Source: a virus. From it: a stretch of DNA of 64,000 nucleotides. Positions 10,029 to 20,130 of this stretch are shown piece after piece. The stretch's first letter is position 1. Every line of letters begins with the position of its first letter. The stretch is taken from the IMG/VR virus record IMGVR_UViG_3300001567_000138, positions 24,400 to 88,399 of that record. One strand, given 5' to 3'. A program made the position numbers and the translations under genes. Under the pieces are notes generated by a model. The model saw nothing but the letters and a program-made list of their open reading frames with translations. It did not search any database and was not told where the DNA came from.

Positions 10029-10498
10029 GCCGTCACCGCCAGCACCAACACGAACACAATCAGCGCCGCGCCCGCGAACACATCACCTTGCAGGATGAGC
10101 CGAATGCCGCCTGCAATCATCAGCAGGCAGATCAGCGCGGCGGGGACGATAAGCACGAGGGGGCGCTTAGGTTTCATTCTTGTACCTCGACCTTCATCAG
10201 CGCATTGCAATATCCGCACCTGTGCATACCCGGCTTAACGTGAATGGGTCGCTTGCAGTTCGGGCAGGTTATCTTGACTAGCTTCTCCTCTTTCGGCTGA
10301 AACAGGGCTACTTTGATTTTGCTCATTCCTGCACCTCCGTCAACCCCCGCTCTTTTGCGATAGCGGTAAGGGCGGCGATGAGGGGCAAGAGTTCAGAGTC
10401 GCATTCGACAACGACGCTTCCGGTCATATCGCTGACAATAGCGAGGGAAAAGACTTGCTCGCGTATTCTTAGGTCTTCTGATATTTTCGTTTCTGCCA

Positions 10499-10741
10499 TC
10501 ACTCCACCTTATCCTTTCCGTTGCGGCTCTTTTCCAGTTTTCTAAGCATTCGGCCCGCAATCTTTTTGAGCCGGGTCAGGTCTTCCTGATCTATTGCAGA
10601 CGAGTCCATAAATGGACTATCAACAATGGTTACATAGTCATCAATGGCAGCCATAACAGAGGCGAAATCTTCCCGGCTTAGTGTCAGGGTTATCTTTTGG
10701 GGTCTGCGATTAATTGTGGGTCGAGGCAGCCATGCCATCAC
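10499..10741 (-). CDS. Hypothetical protein
   Basis: 80-aa ORF in tightly coupled operon. Confidence 0.65.
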   Translation of the reverse strand: MMAWLPRPTINRRPQKITLTLSREDFASVMAAIDDYVTIVDSPFMDSSAIDQEDLTRLKKIAGRMLRKLEKSRNGKDKVE

Positions 10742-11116
10742 TCACTCTCCCTTTCCGTTGCGGGTGATTGCGTCCGCAACATTGCAGTATTCGAACTCGA
10801 TCCTATTCACGAGCGTATGCGGGCCGCACCCCATCTTGTTACAAAACATCTCTACGAACTCAGCCGTGGTCATGTCGGGGAAACCCTCGCGGGCAACCTC
10901 GGGCGGCGTAACACGATCTAGGGCAATCCAGCCCGTGTTGAGAATACGAATAGGAGAAATGTGTACGATGCTTTCGCCTTTCTTTAGTCCCTGGCACTTC
11001 TCGCAGGCCATAACGATGTCACCAGGTTTCAGAAATCCCCACCCCAGGCGGCGGGTTACGGTTTTCGTCTTGTTATAAATCTGCTGTTTCGTCAGCATAA
11101 AACTCATGTTTCTCAT
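10742..11116 (-). CDS. ASCH-domain protein
   Basis: MSF...KTVTRR...LKPGD...EVAREGF...RIEF. Confidence 0.85.
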   Translation of the reverse strand: MRNMSFMLTKQQIYNKTKTVTRRLGWGFLKPGDIVMACEKCQGLKKGESIVHISPIRILNTGWIALDRVTPPEVAREGFPDMTTAEFVEMFCNKMGCGPHTLVNRIEFEYCNVADAITRNGKGE

Positions 11117-11838
11117 TGCGCCACCGTCACCTTTCCGTTTCGGCTGATAACCTTCTCGGCTTCCAACTCCTTGACAATCTGCGCAACCCTCTGACGGCTT
11201 ACGCTTGCATCTCTTGCGCAGGCCGTAAATGTGCCGTGCGGGTCGTTACGGTAAAACGCCAGTACCTTGCCACGCGTGTCAAGTTCTGGCGCAAGGGGTT
11301 GCGTTTCGATCTCTGCCACCGTTGTGGGCTTAGTGGCAACCTGCGCTTTTCGCGAGAAGTTACCGTACTTGTTCATAAGTGCGGTAATTACTCGCGATTC
11401 TCCCTTGCGTTTCGGCAACCTGTCCACGTAGCCTTGCAGCATACCGAGCAGGCCCGCGGCAAGCGTCGGGAAGATGCCGTACACAATCGCAAAGGGCATG
11501 TACGCCGCATCTACCAAACTTCGCAGACTGTCCGCCAAGTTGAATGCACCATCACAGGCGATGAAGGCGATCAGGGCAATGCGGGCGAATTGACGCGCGT
11601 TCATGCGCACCTTGCGCCGCTTCGTCTTGCGCGCTTTCCGCATAACGCCGCTTGCCCGGCTGAAGTATGCCGCGGTATAGATGGCAACCGCCATGCCTGC
11701 GCTGAACAGCACGGCATTGGGCCAACCTGCGCCCATCACGGAATGAGTGAACGAGGCGACACGTCCAAGCGTCAGGGCGAGGAAGAGCGCGGCGGTGATG
11801 GTGGGAAGGCGGCGGATCATGACCTTATACCCATCCAC
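11113..11838 (-). CDS. Membrane protein with C-terminal winged HTH
   Basis: About four TM segments then FTACARDASVSRQRVAQIVKEL. Confidence 0.7.
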   Translation of the reverse strand: MDGYKVMIRRLPTITAALFLALTLGRVASFTHSVMGAGWPNAVLFSAGMAVAIYTAAYFSRASGVMRKARKTKRRKVRMNARQFARIALIAFIACDGAFNLADSLRSLVDAAYMPFAIVYGIFPTLAAGLLGMLQGYVDRLPKRKGESRVITALMNKYGNFSRKAQVATKPTTVAEIETQPLAPELDTRGKVLAFYRNDPHGTFTACARDASVSRQRVAQIVKELEAEKVISRNGKVTVAQ

Positions 11839-11990
11839 AAATGATTGGGTAAGACGCTGCGCGTGGTGCGGATTTCGACGTTCAGTCCAGCGGGCAGGAC
11901 GCCGTTAACCATCTTGGGATTGACGAAGCACAGGTTTGGGGAATTGGCCGTTGTTGCGAGCCGAATAGCGGCAACTGTTTTACTGTCCAT
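11817..11990 (-). CDS. Small protein, paralog of 24835-25062
   Basis: PNLCFVNP...EIRTTRSVLPNHLWMG. Confidence 0.6.
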   Translation of the reverse strand: MDSKTVAAIRLATTANSPNLCFVNPKMVNGVLPAGLNVEIRTTRSVLPNHLWMGIRS

Positions 11991-12444
11991 TCCCGCCGCC
12001 TTCCGTTTTCTTGCCGACCTGCGCCAATGCCGCCAGCACCTTCCACAGCAGGAACAGGCCCAGGCACGCACCGCCGACAAGTAAGAGCGTGTTGATGTTG
12101 ACAGCATTGAAGCCCAGGGCGGCAATGGCGACGTTGGCAGTGTAACCTGTCTGTCCAAGTTCGAGCATATCGGCGCTGGCGTCGTTCAATGCAGCCGCCT
12201 GGATTTCGAGTGCCTTCGTTTGCGCGTCAGTCAAGGTCTGCACGGTGGATGCTTCGCTTACTGTTCGGTCGGTGATCTCGACCGAGCCGTTAGCCGCCGC
12301 CTCTGCGATAAGCACATTCGCGGCAACGATCTGCTGCGTAGGTTCTGGCGCTACGATTACGGGTGCGGTTGCGCGCCCGATAGCACCGAACAACATTGCG
12401 ACAACGACCATCAGGATCAATCCAATTCCAATTACTTTACCCAT
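11980..12444 (-). CDS. Two-TM membrane protein
   Basis: N- and C-terminal hydrophobic segments; GGAG RBS. Confidence 0.7.
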   Translation of the reverse strand: MGKVIGIGLILMVVVAMLFGAIGRATAPVIVAPEPTQQIVAANVLIAEAAANGSVEITDRTVSEASTVQTLTDAQTKALEIQAAALNDASADMLELGQTGYTANVAIAALGFNAVNINTLLLVGGACLGLFLLWKVLAALAQVGKKTEGGGNGQ

Positions 12445-12709
12445 GTTTGCGATCTCCCTTCTTGATTACGTTATAGAACCAGTAGCCCACGGCACAAACC
12501 AAAGCCGTTGGGATTGCGAACAAGATGATTGCCGCAGTACCATCGCCTAACGATGGGTGTATTGCGGACGCGCCCTGCACCACGTCGCGGGCGGCGTTCG
12601 CGCCAGGCTCCATCCAACTTAGTGACGGGTCAAGAGCGAGAGCGACCATGCCGAGGCAGCAGATGGCGAACACAAGAACTACGATAGTTGCAAACAATCC
12701 GTTACTCAT
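12437..12709 (-). CDS. Two-TM membrane protein
   Basis: ATG at 12709 after GGAG; first gene after the boxed promoter. Confidence 0.7.
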   Translation of the reverse strand: MSNGLFATIVVLVFAICCLGMVALALDPSLSWMEPGANAARDVVQGASAIHPSLGDGTAAIILFAIPTALVCAVGYWFYNVIKKGDRKHG

Positions 12710-12727
12710 TGATTTTCTCCATGCCCT

Positions 12728-12792
12728 ATTGTAATCCCTGTTCCCAAAACAGGCAAGTGACAAATGTCATATAGGAATATTACAGATGTCAC
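12728..12792 (-). promoter_or_regulatory. Promoter TTGCCT-17-TACAAT with tandem GTGAC-N4-GTCAC-type boxes
   Basis: Boxes at 12757-12770 and 12779-12792; the first abuts -35. Confidence 0.75.
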
Positions 12793-13436
12793 ATTGCCTC
12801 CTGCCGCTTGCCAAGCAAGCCAAGTTCGCCCACCCGGTTCCAGTCGATGTTCACCGGCTGGTTGTAGAGCGGCCTTTCGATCACGTCCTGCGATTGCAGG
12901 TACTCTAGCACCCGCTGGAGCCTGCGCCGCTTCTCGCCCGACACCGTATCCTGCGGGCGCATCTGGCCGTGATGCTTGGCGGCTTCGCGGAGGTAGACCT
13001 TCGCCTCGTCCTCAACCGTCATGTCGATCTTGGTAGCATCGAGGCCGTACTTGCGGGAGAGTTCCTTCGCCAGGTCAGCCGCCATCGCATCGCCATCCTC
13101 GTACAGGGGCAGAACGACCACCATCAGGGCCTCTACCTGCCGCTCGTTCATCCCCGCTATCCTTTCTGCCATGTAGACCGCGGGGTAATCCCGCATCAAG
13201 GCGGCGGAGGCTTCTTCTTTGATTGCCTTCGCCCTGTGATAGCGCAGGTTCGTCTCGCGCACCCGCCACCAGTCCCACAAGGCGACAACGGCAAGCGCGA
13301 AGAAGATGCACGTCCAGACCACGCTCGAAGTGGACAGCCACACGCTTTCTTCGCCCCACCACGCGATCATAGACCCGCCCAGGAGGGCGTAGACCGTGAT
13401 CGTGATAAGTTTGGGGTTCTGGTCGTCGTCAAACAT
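12789..13436 (-). CDS. Membrane-anchored hypothetical protein
   Basis: Two N-terminal TM helices, 215 aa. Confidence 0.7.
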   Translation of the reverse strand: MFDDDQNPKLITITVYALLGGSMIAWWGEESVWLSTSSVVWTCIFFALAVVALWDWWRVRETNLRYHRAKAIKEEASAALMRDYPAVYMAERIAGMNERQVEALMVVVLPLYEDGDAMAADLAKELSRKYGLDATKIDMTVEDEAKVYLREAAKHHGQMRPQDTVSGEKRRRLQRVLEYLQSQDVIERPLYNQPVNIDWNRVGELGLLGKRQEAM

Positions 13437-13526
13437 GGCTAGACCCTTCTAGGATGATACAAAAACTGCATGATTCCCGGATGATTGCAAGACTTCTTGC
13501 ATAGGGGTGCAGTGGGGGAGGGGGGG

Positions 13527-14326
13527 CTACTTGTCGGGCAGGACTACGCCCACGATAGCGGCGGCAAGAGCGACGCCGATCTGCGCCCCCGTCTGGATCG
13601 CCCTACCGTAGGCCCGCACCACTTCGCGGGCCTGTTCAGGTAGGTTCTCGCAGGTGGCGAGGATTTGTTCGCCCGGTGCTTCTTTCTTCTTTTTGTTATC
13701 CACCGATGTCCAGTCCTTTCTTGTTGTCGAGCTTGAGGGCCAGGAGGTTGATAGCGATAACGCCAATCCCGATGAGGGCAAGCCCGCCCGCTGTGGCGAA
13801 GAACGTTCCAATCGCGCCGGGGATGTGGCAGAGGATTGCACCCACGAAAAAGCAGAAGGCGAAGATAGTGATAACTTTTTTCATCGCTCATCATCTTTCT
13901 CGCGAATGTGGGTTACGATAACGAGCGTACCGCAGTCACGGCAAACGAAACCGTTACGAACCTCGTCCATCGTACCCCCGCAGGGGCAGATACGTTTACC
14001 CTTACCGGCGTTCTGTTTCTTTCCCACCTTCTTCACTTTCGCTTTTGCAGCCATAGTTGACCACCTTACTTTCGGGGAGTGTTCCCGCCTTCGGCATCCT
14101 TGCGGATACGGTAAGACGGGTTGCTTGCGGACGACAGGCAGGCCAGCACCAGGGGGGCGATGGGGGACATCCACGGGACGCTCCCAAAGATTGCGAGAAC
14201 GAACACGATCACGAACGTTGACCACAACAGTTCTGTGACAAATCCCCACACAGATATGCTTCTCGCCTCTGCTATAACGCGCATCATTTCTTTTTCGTCG
14301 CTCAGGTCAATCTCTGGTCTATTCAT
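13527..14326 (-). CDS. Cluster of four small ORFs (13527-13703, 13696-13884, Zn-ribbon 13881-14054, 14066-14326)
   Basis: Overlapping start/stop codons; hydrophobic or CxC/CxxC content. Confidence 0.55.
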
Positions 14327-15038
14327 CGTCTACGCTTTCTTCCTGCGATATCCAGGAATAGAACTGGCTTTTCGGGATGGGGTTCGTCATCCAACTGTTA
14401 TCGGCTTCTGGCAGTTGCAGGCATTCCCGCACCGTCATCGGGCGCATGGGAACACGCATCGGCCTTCCGCTCTTGCTTGTCCACTCCATGCAGTTCGCCT
14501 GCATGACAGCCAGGGCCACGTCAAGGGTCGTAATCACGTCCTGGCCCACGTACTCCAAGACCTTCAACCGCTTCTCATTGCTCTCCTTCCACATCACGGG
14601 GGCCAAGTCCCCGTGCATCCCCTCGGTCTTGCCGGGTAAGCCCATCCCCTTTGCTGCGGTATCCAAACTGAGCGGAAAACCTTTCAGGCAGAAGAGATGG
14701 TACATCATGTCCCAACTATCGAGAGCGAGGGCGGCACAGCGTTCGACTTCCCCGCTCTCGATAGCGAGGTTCTCGAAGTCGAATGTGCCGTTCCACGTCA
14801 GGATCGTGGCCCCATCATTGCGCACGCCTTCCAGGTACTCCAGGACGGCGATGTTATCAGCCTTCGCCATCGCAGCACCGGAAGCGAAGTCAACCTCGTT
14901 GTAGAACAGCATCGGCTCAGGACGGCCAAACGTCTGCACAGCGGCGCAGGAGATACCCAGGGGGGTGTACTTGCGCCAGTCCTCACCCTGGGGGAACTCT
15001 TTCCAGCTTTCGATATCGAAGGCGGCGTAGTATTTCAT
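14319..15038 (-). CDS. RNase H-fold DEDD 3'-5' exonuclease
   Basis: FDIES, TWNGTFD, SLD, EYVGQDV. Confidence 0.85.
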   Translation of the reverse strand: MKYYAAFDIESWKEFPQGEDWRKYTPLGISCAAVQTFGRPEPMLFYNEVDFASGAAMAKADNIAVLEYLEGVRNDGATILTWNGTFDFENLAIESGEVERCAALALDSWDMMYHLFCLKGFPLSLDTAAKGMGLPGKTEGMHGDLAPVMWKESNEKRLKVLEYVGQDVITTLDVALAVMQANCMEWTSKSGRPMRVPMRPMTVRECLQLPEADNSWMTNPIPKSQFYSWISQEESVDDE

Positions 15039-15490
15039 TCTGCCGCCTTCTTGCCGCGGTTCTCCCAGGAGATCATGGCGCTGGCCTGCCCGTTACCGAC
15101 GGTCACGGAGTACCCGCTGATTGGACTTCCGTAGAGGTCGCCAGCCTGTTGAGTCAGGCTTCCGAGGAAGTCGGACAGGGTACTCATCGACCCTTCCAGG
15201 GCGAACAGAGCGGTTTTGGCGCGCTTCCTTGCCAACTCGCGCCCCTTCGCCTTGTTGAAGATGTCGGAGAAAGAGCAAACCGCGATCCCAAATCCCACCA
15301 GTTGACCGCGGCGGGCTTCGCAGATAGATAGACCACCGCGCCCATAGAAGGACTGTTCGGGGTCGTTGCGGATAACGGATGCCGGTTGCAATTGATCGTC
15401 ATTGGGCTTGCCCCTGGTGGGCCATCCCGACCAGAGAGCGGTCTTTACGCTGATACGGCGATACTCGTAGACGTACTTGATCTCGTCCAT
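15035..15490 (-). CDS. Hypothetical phage protein
   Basis: AVCS.SD.FNKAKGRELA motif. Confidence 0.75.
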   Translation of the reverse strand: MDEIKYVYEYRRISVKTALWSGWPTRGKPNDDQLQPASVIRNDPEQSFYGRGGLSICEARRGQLVGFGIAVCSFSDIFNKAKGRELARKRAKTALFALEGSMSTLSDFLGSLTQQAGDLYGSPISGYSVTVGNGQASAMISWENRGKKAAE

Positions 15491-15496
15491 CGCTGA

Positions 15497-16144
15497 CTAG
15501 CCTTTCTTTTCCAGGCGCACGATCTTCTGCGGCTTCTGCGTTTCGGGGTTGTTCTTGACGTAAGCGTGCCATCCCGCCATGCCGTACTTCTTGCCGCCTT
15601 CCAGTTGGGCGATCTTGATGCCGGTCGTTTCCAGGACTTCTTCCCACACGGTCACGCCGAACTTCTTCCACATGCCGCCGGTGATCTTGTAGAACTTCTT
15701 GCTGTTCTTCTCTTCCACCAGGAGTTCGGCGCACTCGAAGGACGAGTCCTCGCCTTCCAGCAGGCCAGCTTCCCGCGGTGCAGCGGGTGCAGGTGCGGAA
15801 GCGGTCGGGGCCTGTCCAGTGGGCAGGGCGTCTCCAAAGGGAGCGGGGGCGGACGGGGCGGGAGCGGCCTGCGAACTCACGTTGTCGCCAAAGCGCGTGA
15901 TCCCGCCGCGGCTCATCGCCACGATGCAGGCGTCGATCACGGCGGTAATGTGAGCGGTGACGTGGGCCGGGTTGGGGATACCGCGCACCGTCATCTGGAT
16001 ATCGAAGTTCTGGACTGCGCCTTCGACCTTGATGGGAACGATGTACTTGAAGTTGGAACTCAGGACGGCTTCACTGCCAGCAAGCCCCTCCACCAGTTCC
16101 TCTCCTGCGGGGAAAATCTCTTCTTGCTTTTCGTTTTCGGTCAT
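15497..16144 (-). CDS. Two-domain hypothetical protein, possibly ssDNA-binding
   Basis: AAAGGA RBS; Pro/Ala linker; first gene of the leftward operon next to primase. Confidence 0.7.
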   Translation of the reverse strand: MTENEKQEEIFPAGEELVEGLAGSEAVLSSNFKYIVPIKVEGAVQNFDIQMTVRGIPNPAHVTAHITAVIDACIVAMSRGGITRFGDNVSSQAAPAPSAPAPFGDALPTGQAPTASAPAPAAPREAGLLEGEDSSFECAELLVEEKNSKKFYKITGGMWKKFGVTVWEEVLETTGIKIAQLEGGKKYGMAGWHAYVKNNPETQKPQKIVRLEKKG

Positions 16145-16189
16145 TGCTTATCCTTTCTCTAGTTTGGTTGGAACTTTCTGTATATGCCA

Positions 16190-16282
16190 AGTATAGCACC
16201 GATATTCTGGCGTGTCAAGTGGATTTTCTAATCAATTTCATCCCTATTTCTATTTGCTTTTTTTCCGACTTCGTGCTACAAT
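16190..16282. promoter_or_regulatory. Divergent sigma70-type promoters
   Basis: Minus: TTGACA(16218-16213)-17-TATACT; plus: TTGCTT(16254)-17-TACAAT(16277). Confidence 0.75.
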
Positions 16283-16342
16283 ATTCCTTAGAGAGAGGGC
16301 TTCGCCCCCCAACCAAAACAGAAAGCGGAAAACGAGGTTAGT

Positions 16343-17344
16343 ATGAGAGACGTTCCTTTGCCATCGGAATTTAGTGATCTCGCCGGTAAAGTCCAGTATG
16401 TGCAGCAGAAGAGTAGATTGGAGTATTCTTCTACCTGCCCGAAGTGCGGCGGCTCTGTTCACCCCGACGGGGAACTTCCTAATCGCTTCGTTATGCTGAT
16501 CCGCAGCAACACAACGGGCGGGTCTCTCGCTCTCTGCCGTAAGTGCGGATACAAGTGGTGGCCGGGGCAGACGGATGGGCGCGACCTTGACCCCGCCGTG
16601 ATGCGCTTACTCGAACAGCAAGCCCAGGTGTACCGCCAACAGACCGAAGAGCAAAGGGCGGCTAAGTTAGCCCGCTTCACGACAAGAGAACTGTGGCTTG
16701 AGTTGAACAGGCGCATGGAAGAAGCACAAAGGGCGTGGTGGCGAACACAGGGGATTGATGACGATTGGCAAAACTACTTGAAGTTGGGCTACACCCCCGA
16801 CAAGCCCTACCTTTCAGGGGGCGAGCTACTTCACTCCCCCGCATACACCATCCCCTACTTTCACCAGGGGTGGGACTTTAGAACCATCCAATACCGCCTG
16901 ACCGACCCCGCTAACCCGAAAGACCGCTACCGCTTCGAGGCCGACCTGTCATCGACCTACTACATGGTCACGCCTTCTGAACCCGTGGGCGACGTTGCTA
17001 TCGTCTGCGAGGGGGCAAAGAAGGCGATTGTAGCGAAGATACTAGGCGACTATCCCGCTACCTATCTTGCCATCCCGTCATCAGGCGACTGGCAGAGATG
17101 CGGTATCCTGGAAGCGGTCAAGGGCTGCGGGCGGGTCTACATCCTACTCGACCCCGACACCTGGGTAAAGCCGAAAGAAGCGGGAGCCAACTGGCGTCCC
17201 CATCCTGAACGCTTTGCGGAAGCGGTGGGCAAGAGCGCCCGTACCGTTGAGATTGCAACGAAAGTGGATGACGGATTTCTACATTACGGCCTGGATGCCG
17301 ACGGCTTCCAGGCTGCACTACGATGTGCGAGGAGATTGAATTGA
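16343..17344 (+). CDS. DNA primase-like protein (Zn finger + TOPRIM)
   Basis: CPKCGG...CRKC; IVCEGAKKA; ILLDPD; KVDD. Confidence 0.8.
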   Translation: MRDVPLPSEFSDLAGKVQYVQQKSRLEYSSTCPKCGGSVHPDGELPNRFVMLIRSNTTGGSLALCRKCGYKWWPGQTDGRDLDPAVMRLLEQQAQVYRQQTEEQRAAKLARFTTRELWLELNRRMEEAQRAWWRTQGIDDDWQNYLKLGYTPDKPYLSGGELLHSPAYTIPYFHQGWDFRTIQYRLTDPANPKDRYRFEADLSSTYYMVTPSEPVGDVAIVCEGAKKAIVAKILGDYPATYLAIPSSGDWQRCGILEAVKGCGRVYILLDPDTWVKPKEAGANWRPHPERFAEAVGKSARTVEIATKVDDGFLHYGLDADGFQAALRCARRLN

Positions 17345-18439
17345 GACAAATACGAGACTTGCACCCTACCGGGAAACAGCAGGGGACGGAGTTCCAGAAG
17401 ATCACGGAAGGGAAAGCCCCTAAGTCCCCCTGCGGTTACTGCGGTGTCTGCGGTGTGCTTGTCGAACCCGAACTAAGCGAACACGGATTCTTGTGCGAGG
17501 ATCACTGCGCCCCCATTCAGAACGCAAGCTGCGACGACTGCCCGCAAGAACTCGCCTGCATGGTCAGGGTGCAACTTGGCTTGTGGGTCGTCTGTGAACT
17601 GCCAAGCCGCCGCGATATCGAATACGCCCTGAAGTGCGGCGTAAAGATCGACAACGTAGACCGCCCCCTGATGGCGGACGTACACACGGAGCATGTGCCA
17701 TTATATGAATACCGAAAAGACCATTGTGAAGATTGAACGTTGGGCCTGGTGCGGCGGTTGCGGATACCAGACTACGCAAGTAAAGATACAATTCGGCGCG
17801 TGGGTTTGCTCCTGCGGCGCGCACCTGCAAGCAAACGGGGAGAGGATCGCGGAACACAGGCCCCAGGAAGCGGAAAAGGCGATGGCGGTAACTTGTCCAG
17901 CCTGATAACTTCCTGCGATCAACTGTCCTTCGATGACTACATCGAACTCGATACTCAGTATTCCAATCTCCCCGACATCTCTTGCGGCTATTCTGCAAGT
18001 GGGGAACACTATACTCTAGTCGCCATCCTGAATAGACTAGGGTTCCACCCGGCTGGCCGGGAAGAAGCCATTCGACTTACAGAGAGGTTACTTACTAATG
18101 GATACCACAAATAACCCCCGGCCCGCATGGGCACAAAAAGGCACGATAGTCAACGTCCACGGGCATCACTGGTCAGGAAAGATCATAGACGTTGCCGTGT
18201 CTGACAACGGTCTTGTCCTGCTCTTGATCGACAGCCCGAAAGCCGACTTCTTCGGCCACGCTCCCGAATGGCTGGTCTATGATCCCCAACAGATCGCACC
18301 GGGATCAGAAGATGATCTCTACGTCTGCCTGGGACGATATCTTGACATGAGCAAAAACCGGACGGATAAAATGTGCGGCTGGTACGAAACTGAGGTTGCG
18401 CCGGAAGCGAAGTTCGAGTGGCCGGATGAGAAGGTGTAG
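17323..18439 (+). CDS. Cluster of four small ORFs, two Cys-rich (17323-17736, 17705-17905, ~17882-18114, 18098-18439)
   Basis: Overlapping ORFs with CxxC pairs. Confidence 0.55.
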
Positions 18440-18440
18440 C

Positions 18441-19109
18441 GTGGATAAAATCGAAACCGAGAACTACACGCTGTATTGCGGCGACTGTCTGGACATCCTG
18501 CCGATTAGCGCCGACGCGGTGATTAGTGACGTCCCTTATGGCATGGATTGGGACACAGACAGCACCCGCTACTCAGGGGCGAAAAACCATCCGAGCGCGT
18601 GGACAGGGCGCGAGGATTGGCCGCAAATCGAAGGCGACAAAGAGCCATTTGACCCATCGCCATTCCTTGACTTTCCTGCAGTGATTCTGTGGGGCGCTAA
18701 TCACTACGCCAATAAACTGCCGACTGGCACGACGCTTGTTTGGGTGAAGCGCGCCCCGATTTTATACGGCACGTTCCTTTCAGATGCGGAAATCGGATGG
18801 ATGAAAGGCGGGTACGGCGTCTACTGTTTTGAGAAGCAATTCCCGCCCCCGTCGCGCATCAAGGAAGGAAACGGGAAAGTTTTACACCCGAATCAAAAGC
18901 CGGTCGAGTTGATGACGTGGTGCGTCCAAAAAGCGAAAGTTCCTGCAGGCGGCTTAGTATTTGACCCGTACATGGGGAGCGGAACCACTGCGGTCGCCTG
19001 CGCTCAAATGGGGCTGCGCTTTGTCGGGGCAGAAAAAGTGCCTGAGTATTTCGAGATTGCACGAAAGCGAATCGAGTTGGCCTACATGCAGAAAGTGATG
19101 CCGTTCTAA
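18441..19109 (+). CDS. N4/N6 DNA methyltransferase (beta class)
   Basis: LYCGDCL, SDVPYG (DPPY-like), HPNQKP, FDPYMGSGTT. Confidence 0.92.
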   Translation: MDKIETENYTLYCGDCLDILPISADAVISDVPYGMDWDTDSTRYSGAKNHPSAWTGREDWPQIEGDKEPFDPSPFLDFPAVILWGANHYANKLPTGTTLVWVKRAPILYGTFLSDAEIGWMKGGYGVYCFEKQFPPPSRIKEGNGKVLHPNQKPVELMTWCVQKAKVPAGGLVFDPYMGSGTTAVACAQMGLRFVGAEKVPEYFEIARKRIELAYMQKVMPF

Positions 19110-19283
19110 AATGTGGTATAATACTTTTGCAATAGAGCGGAGACTGACAAGGTGTGGTGGATAAAATAAGGGAAAAATGCGCCTTTTTGTTTGGGCCTCG
19201 ATTTAATTCCCTTATTCCACACACTTGCAAAAGTGTGTCAGTCTCAAGAGAAATCGGGTTCAAACGAAAGGGCGTTTTTGTTT

Positions 19284-19601
19284 ATGACAAAACAAAACTA
19301 TAAGCGAAAAAAGAAGTCATCCTGGACGGGCAAGAAGAAGGTGGTGGTCGAGAAACGTATACCGACCCCACCCCCTGTTGCGTTGCCAGGAACCAAGAAG
19401 ATTCGCCGCCGCGCCCTCAATGTCCTGAAAGCAGAAAAACTAAACAAGAATAGTTGGAGAGTTTGGGGAGGAAAAGCCGACCATATCGTTACCTATGGGA
19501 ACGGTAGTATTACGTGCGACTGTTGGGTAAACAAAGATGGTGGTGTTTGTTCACATATCATAAAGGTGCTATATGAAACTAAAGTGATGCCGAAAGGCTA
19601 A
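19284..19601 (+). CDS. SWIM Zn-finger protein
   Basis: CDC...CSHI; basic N-terminus. Confidence 0.75.
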   Translation: MTKQNYKRKKKSSWTGKKKVVVEKRIPTPPPVALPGTKKIRRRALNVLKAEKLNKNSWRVWGGKADHIVTYGNGSITCDCWVNKDGGVCSHIIKVLYETKVMPKG

Positions 19602-20074
19602 CCCAAAGGAACTGCTCACAATCCGTCCGCCAGATCAACAGCGTCCTAACTGGATGACTGGCTGCATATCAGAACGTAAAGCGTCTAAACTCCGGGTGCG
19701 CTCCGTGCGTGTAAGAAACAGGACAAATGTTCAGCAGTTCCGGCAAACATATGAAACCCTTCCGTCCTGTTATCCCCTGAGTGATGCGGAGACCGGCAGG
19801 CTTTCTGGGTTGTTTTCAACGCAGGAAGCACTATGAGATAACGGGAGGATACTAGTCAAACGAGGGAGACGAGCCACCCGACGACGACAAGTATTTCCCC
19901 TATCCCCGCGGATAGGGGAAAACTGTCTGCACTCAGTCAACTTCGCTCCCTCTGACGGGTCAACAAAGATCAAAGACCTCGGAACCTCCCAAAGCAAGCA
20001 AGTAAACGAGAAAACAGGCTGGCCCAACAGAAAGCCCGCGAGCGAGAGGATAGCAGGAGAAGGCGAGCAGTTGC

Positions 20075-20103
20075 TTGACAAGATCGCGAAGAGGTGCTAG
20101 AAT
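20075..20103 (+). promoter_or_regulatory. Promoter TTGACA-17-TAGAAT
   Basis: Near-consensus hexamers, TGn extension, upstream of ATG 20131. Confidence 0.8.
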
Positions 20104-20130
20104 GGAGGCAAGAAAGAGAGGATAAAGATT

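Noticed and set aside
13500-13527. G-rich tract as a G-quadruplex element
   Set aside because: Single short occurrence with no supporting context
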